Part shown: piece by piece, positions 59,535 through 64,000 of the stretch
How the letters are laid out: each line of letters starts with the position of its first letter
How positions within the stretch are numbered: the stretch's first letter is position 1
Source: Macrostomum lignano
Lineage: Eukaryota
Direction: 5' to 3'
Length of the DNA: 64,000 nucleotides
Assembly: GCA_002269645.1 (NCBI GenBank)
Contig: NIVC01003225.1
Coordinates: 1-64,000, forward strand
Notes under the pieces: model-generated
Database searches by the model: none
Seen by the model: the letters and a program-made list of their open reading frames with translations, nothing else
What the model was told of the DNA's origin: nothing
Program-made: the position numbers and the translations under genes

Positions 59535-61776
59535 ATGGCTGAAACAAAAACTATATGGAGTGATAAATTTCATTTCAAAAAGCATCGTCAGTATATTAAT
59601 GAGGTTAGGGCAAAAGATTTAAATTTTACTCTACCAACAAGTGATAATTCAAATAACTTTACTACCGGAACGGTAACTTTTGACATTGGCGCAGCCGACA
59701 GCGTTTTGGATATGAAAAATGCGTTTTTCCGCGTTAGATGGTTGTATACCAGAAATGATGGAACTGCTCTTGCAGCCGGTGATATCGCAGATCGTTCTGG
59801 TATTATTATAGAAAATGATTGGTTTTATAAATGTTTTTCCCAAGCCCAACTAACAGTTAATGGAGCCGAGGTTGAGACATCAACAAACCCAGCAGAGATT
59901 AATGGAGTTTTGAAACATTTAAATTATACTTATTTATCAAAACAAGTTGGTGATAGTGTTGGGTGGATGCCGGATAAGGGTGATGGACGAGCACTAGTTT
60001 TCCCTAACGTACAAAACGCAGCTGGCGCAGATACCGCAGCTCTTATAGCTTATCTTAATACCAATATAGTGTGACGTTGTCAGTTTAAGGTGGTCCCGAA
60101 AAGGGCCGCTGGACTATATTTTCCCTTGTAATTTCTCATATTAATTTCTCCAATAGTTTATTTTAACGTTTACTTATAGTAGAGCCCAACGATTTTGTGG
60201 CAATTTCTAATTCACTGTATATTTTGCTATCCTCTCTCGCGGCCGTATAAAATTGGCACGATCGATAATTTTAAGTTCTCTCGCCAGCCAATGAAAACCA
60301 CTCGTGCTTCGCGCTACCCCCCTCTGCGCTCCTTTATTAAACCCCCCGCCTGGCGGCGGCACTCCTCTCTCCCGTCCTTATCTGTGCTTCTCTCTTCCTC
60401 CCGGCCTGTCCTCGGCCTTGTTTTCCTTCTCTCTGTCTGGGCCAGCCTGTTTACACTGCCTGCCACTGTCTGCCACGGCTAACGCCAATCTCACCACTAC
60501 GCATCTGCCACTGTTGTGCTCATCGCCGTTACTCACCACGTTGCATCGTCTTGCATCACTCGCCTACCACTCAACTACAATCTCTAACTCACCTTCAATT
60601 CAAAACCATTGTTGAAGCCGCCAGTGCCCCAAAAGCGCAATAAGTTCTATATTGATATTAACCGCATCGAATATTGATCTCAACAATAATAACCAACTAC
60701 GGCCAGTTTCCGGCCTTGTATGCCAAGTGCTCCGCTACGCAAATCCGCTATCAAGACTTGACTCGATTCATTTGGGACTAAAACGGCCCTTTTAAGGGTC
60801 ACGGACAACATCAAATAACGTGACAATAGTTCCAGTTGTAACCACCATGACTAACACAAAAGATATTAATACTGGTTTTATCGATCGTCAGAATAAATTC
60901 CCAGTCGCGGTTTTAACCACAGCAAGCGCATATGAGCAGGACTTTTCAATCTTCCCACTATTTGGGTTCTTCTCACCAAATCGGGTATGGAAAGGATTAA
61001 AATTTGGGATACAGTTGCAAATATCTGGCGGATATCAGCCTAGGATACTTTATGGAACCTCGATTTCAACCGATATCGCAGTTCGCATAGCATCAATTCA
61101 ATTAGTCGTGCCAAAACTCGAGCTAACGGCACCGCTTTTAAAACATGTCGATAATCAGTTAATGGTTGATCAAGAAATATTTTATTTGAATCGTCGACAC
61201 TTTATGCGAACCATTAATAATAACCAGGATTCATTCCAGTGGCAGATAATTACATCAAAACGTCGGGTTAGATATATTTTTGTTTGGTTTAAGATAACAA
61301 ACAGAAGGAGTAAAAGAACAAATGGAGATTTATATTGGCTTCAATCGGGTGACATACCAGCACAAGCAGCCACCGCAACAGACAATGCGGCTTCGGCTAT
61401 TAACGAGTTTAATGTTCAGAATATCCGCCTGCAGGTTGATGATCAATATTATCCGGTTAAAGACCCCCTTAATCTAAATCTTGCAAATAATAATGTTAAT
61501 GATTTTATAAAATATTATCTGGATTATGTCAAAAATGAAGCGTATGCTGTTCCTCAGTACACACCCACAGAGTTTATAAACATTCACCCAGTGGTTGTTT
61601 TTGATCTAACGGCACAGAAAGAAAACGTATCCAATGTTGGACTTAATTATATGTTAGAGATTAATAAAACCGGTAATCAGGCAATAGAGGCCCACGTATT
61701 GTTTCTAGAGGAATATATGTCAATTGCTAAAGCTGATGGCACGATTGTTCGGGATGTGCCCTTAGATAAAAATTAG
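59535..61776 (+). CDS. Major capsid protein (double jelly-roll), 493 aa after removing the insertion
   Basis: 59535-60069 plus 60830-61776 rejoin in frame (TNIVPVVTT). VTFDI, LTVNGAEVE, LQVDDQYYP and HPVVVFDLT are typical Polinton MCP segments. Confidence 0.85.
60070..60825. mobile_element. 756 bp TG...CA insertion (solo LTR or Ginger-like MITE)
   Basis: TGTGACG...CGTGACA ends, imperfect ~40 bp terminal inverted similarity, 4 bp TSD ATAG. Confidence 0.88.
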
Positions 61777-61795
61777 ATAAATTATTTCATTAAAA

Positions 61796-62563
61796 ATGGT
61801 AAAAGCAAAACACAATATTATATTTCCAACTGATCCTTTTCTTTGTTTAGTAATTGGTGGGTCGGGTAAAGGAAAAACACACTTTGTTTACGATTTATTA
61901 ACAACAGATGGAATGTTAGACTATAATAATTTATTAATCTATACTAACAAACCTAGAATAAAATATTATGAATTTCTTAAACATGGATTAAAAAACAAAT
62001 GAAAAAAATATATCTTGTTTAGAATGTTAAGGGCTTATGAGAAATATGAAGACGACGACGAACCAAAATTTACACTCGACGACATTGAGGATTTATGTAA
62101 AACAACGGCAGAAGATCCAGAAAACACTAACAACCGAGCCCCAACTGTTAGAGTATCAACCCGATTATCCTATGATCAAATTCCAAAACATGATAAAACA
62201 TTAATTATTTTTGATGATTGTATTAACGACGGCGATCAAGAATTGCAAAAAGAAATTTTTGTTAGTGGCAGAGGTGATGGAATTGGAGCTTTTTATCTAA
62301 CACAGTCCTTTAGAGAATTAGAATCGATTATAAAAAAGAATGCAAGTTGTTGTGTAATGATCGATTTAGATAACTATGATCTACAAAATATACATGCGAG
62401 ATTTAATCCTGGGTTGGATGCAAAACCATTCAAAAGTATGTGTAAAAAAATTTGGGATGATAGTCAATACAAACATATTTATATCAATCCGAGGTTAGAA
62501 AGGAAACATAGAATCTTAACAAATTTGATAAAAGAAGATAACGAGGAAGAGGAAGACCAATAG
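61796..62563 (+). CDS. FtsK/A32-like packaging ATPase (frameshift in an A run near 62000)
   Basis: Walker A GGSGKGKT, Walker B LIIFDD, SGRG and YLTQS motifs. Confidence 0.9.
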
Positions 62564-62582
62564 CACGTTTCCCACTATAAAA

Positions 62583-63285
62583 ATGGCTACAAATTTGGAT
62601 TCAATTACGTAATGCACTAAATCTTGATCAATCTCTAAGTTATCAAATAGGTTTGATACTATTTTCAGTTTTTAACATGCCTCAATTAATTAATGCAACA
62701 AACAATCAATTTAGATATTCTAAAGATTCGGGAGCAAATTGGACAACCATTACTATAACGCCGGGTGCATATAACTATACTGATTTGAATGCAGTAATAC
62801 AAGCGGATTTAACAGATAATGGTGATTGGGTAGCAGATGCGATTGTTATAGGAGTTGATTTACCCTCAGGAAGATTCACGCTTACATTAGCATCTGGATA
62901 TCAGGTTGATTTTACAATTGCAAATTCACTTAGAACCATACTAGGATTTAATTCCCGAATCGTTACTGCATCAACAACGGGCGACACCGTGGGAAATATT
63001 GAAGGCGGAGTCAACACAATTAATATTACAACCGACATTTCAAATGGTGGTTATATAACGGACGATAGTGGATTTTTGGTTCAGCGAGGAATTATTTATT
63101 CAATCCCCTTTTTAGCTGTTCCAATCGGAGATAAAATGATAGTTGCTCCGCAAACCCCAATATATTATCCTCTAAAGCAATATAATTTACAATCAATTTA
63201 TATACGAATAGTGGACGATTCAGATCGTATAATAAGTTTTGGTGGACAAGCAATAACAGTAATTTTACGTATAAAACAGGTTTAA
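62583..63285 (+). CDS. Minor capsid (penton) protein, 5' frameshift
   Basis: NNQFRYSKDSG.NW.TITITPGAYN, LRTILGF and IYIRIVDDSDRIISFGG are Polinton penton-like. Confidence 0.85.
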
Positions 63286-63329
63286 TCGCCCTGTAGGGTC
63301 GCGTGCTTTGCACGATTCCCATAGTAAAA

Positions 63330-63503
63330 ATGGGTAATAATAATGCGTTAAAAAAACAATCAGATAAAGTTCAAAACGCAAAGGATAATTATGAAATTGA
63401 ACTAACAAAATTGAAACAACTTCAAGCAGAAAAAATCCGAAAGGAGTTGTTAAAACCCACGGCTACAAAACTAACTAAAACCAAGAGTTTTTCAGGAACA
63501 TAA
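63330..63503 (+). CDS. Small basic protein with an MG start (possible myristoylation)
   Basis: MGNNNALKKQSDK... coiled-coil-like ORF between penton and protease. Confidence 0.45.
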   Translation: MGNNNALKKQSDKVQNAKDNYEIELTKLKQLQAEKIRKELLKPTATKLTKTKSFSGT

Positions 63504-63504
63504 A

Positions 63505-63999
63505 ATGACTATGAGTTGGGGCGAGTTCAAACAAAGATATGGAACAGACACAACAAGCAATATCGAATTAACAAATTGGGCAAGGCAATTAAAAATAAAA
63601 CCATTTAGATGTGTTATGCGGGATGAGATCAAAGATTTACCACAATATGGATCTTACATAGTCAATATTGAAACGACAAAAGAAAACGGCGTTCATTGGT
63701 CAGCAGTTTATTCCAAACCCAAACTTGTTTATTTTTTTGATTCATATGCCCTTCCTCCATTACAGGAAATAAAAGACAAATTTAATCATACTAAAAATCG
63801 TTTATGTGGAGATTATCACGAACAGTTTCAAACCTTTGACAAAAGTTATTGCGGACAGGCGGCGCTTTATTTTTTTTATCGACTTTCGAATGAAGCTCGT
63901 GTAAACCCAGAAGTATTTAAAGCTATTTTAGACTCCATAAAAAAGACAGTAAAAAATGTTATTTTCTGGAACACCCTCATGGAACGGAACAACAAGTAG
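63505..63999 (+). CDS. Adenain-like maturation cysteine protease
   Basis: GVHW (His), FFDSY (Asp) and QFQ...YCG (Gln/Cys) catalytic arrangement. Confidence 0.9.
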   Translation: MTMSWGEFKQRYGTDTTSNIELTNWARQLKIKPFRCVMRDEIKDLPQYGSYIVNIETTKENGVHWSAVYSKPKLVYFFDSYALPPLQEIKDKFNHTKNRLCGDYHEQFQTFDKSYCGQAALYFFYRLSNEARVNPEVFKAILDSIKKTVKNVIFWNTLMERNNK

Positions 64000-64000
64000 T

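Larger units (their letters stand above)
55769..64000 (+). mobile_element. Polinton/adintovirus element 2 (integrase and morphogenesis module), continuing beyond the window
   Basis: AGTAGT terminus at 55769 cutting the Gypsy RT; INT, MCP, ATPase, penton and protease genes. Confidence 0.95.

Noticed and set aside
63995-64000. AGTAGT at the window edge as a new Polinton terminus
   Set aside because: Only 6 bases are visible and they overlap the protease stop codon; this cannot be evaluated.

Overview
Eukaryotic (animal) genomic DNA, very repeat-rich. The codon and intron style suggests a flatworm such as Macrostomum, but that is inference. Host genes: three exons of RUNDC1 on the minus strand (1-6.9 kb, with the 3' end outside the window) and a spliced TNF-superfamily-like gene (about 37.8-39.3 kb). 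The rest is nested mobile DNA: a mariner with perfect TIRs; an RT-deleted RNase H-bearing LINE hit by two inverted hAT MITEs; a defective Gypsy-like LTR element whose leader holds a CRISPR-like array of seven primer-binding-site units and which carries histone-type stem-loops; an orphan intronless ORF with its own promoter; a 6.6 kb PHD-FLYWCH-MULE transposon; a Crypton tyrosine recombinase; RTE and Penelope fragments, the latter with a hammerhead ribozyme; a 3.5 kb satellite; and two related Polinton/adintovirus elements that share the same terminus. One Polinton carries pPolB plus core-like genes. The other carries PLA2-integrase, HNH, major capsid, ATPase, penton and protease, and is inserted into a second Gypsy. 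The best leads are the tandem PBS array (17.4-17.74 kb) and a possible split (bipartite) Polinton genome. Several frameshifts are single-base losses in homopolymers, including one in RUNDC1, so some pseudogene calls may be assembly errors. All calls were made by eye, with no database searches.
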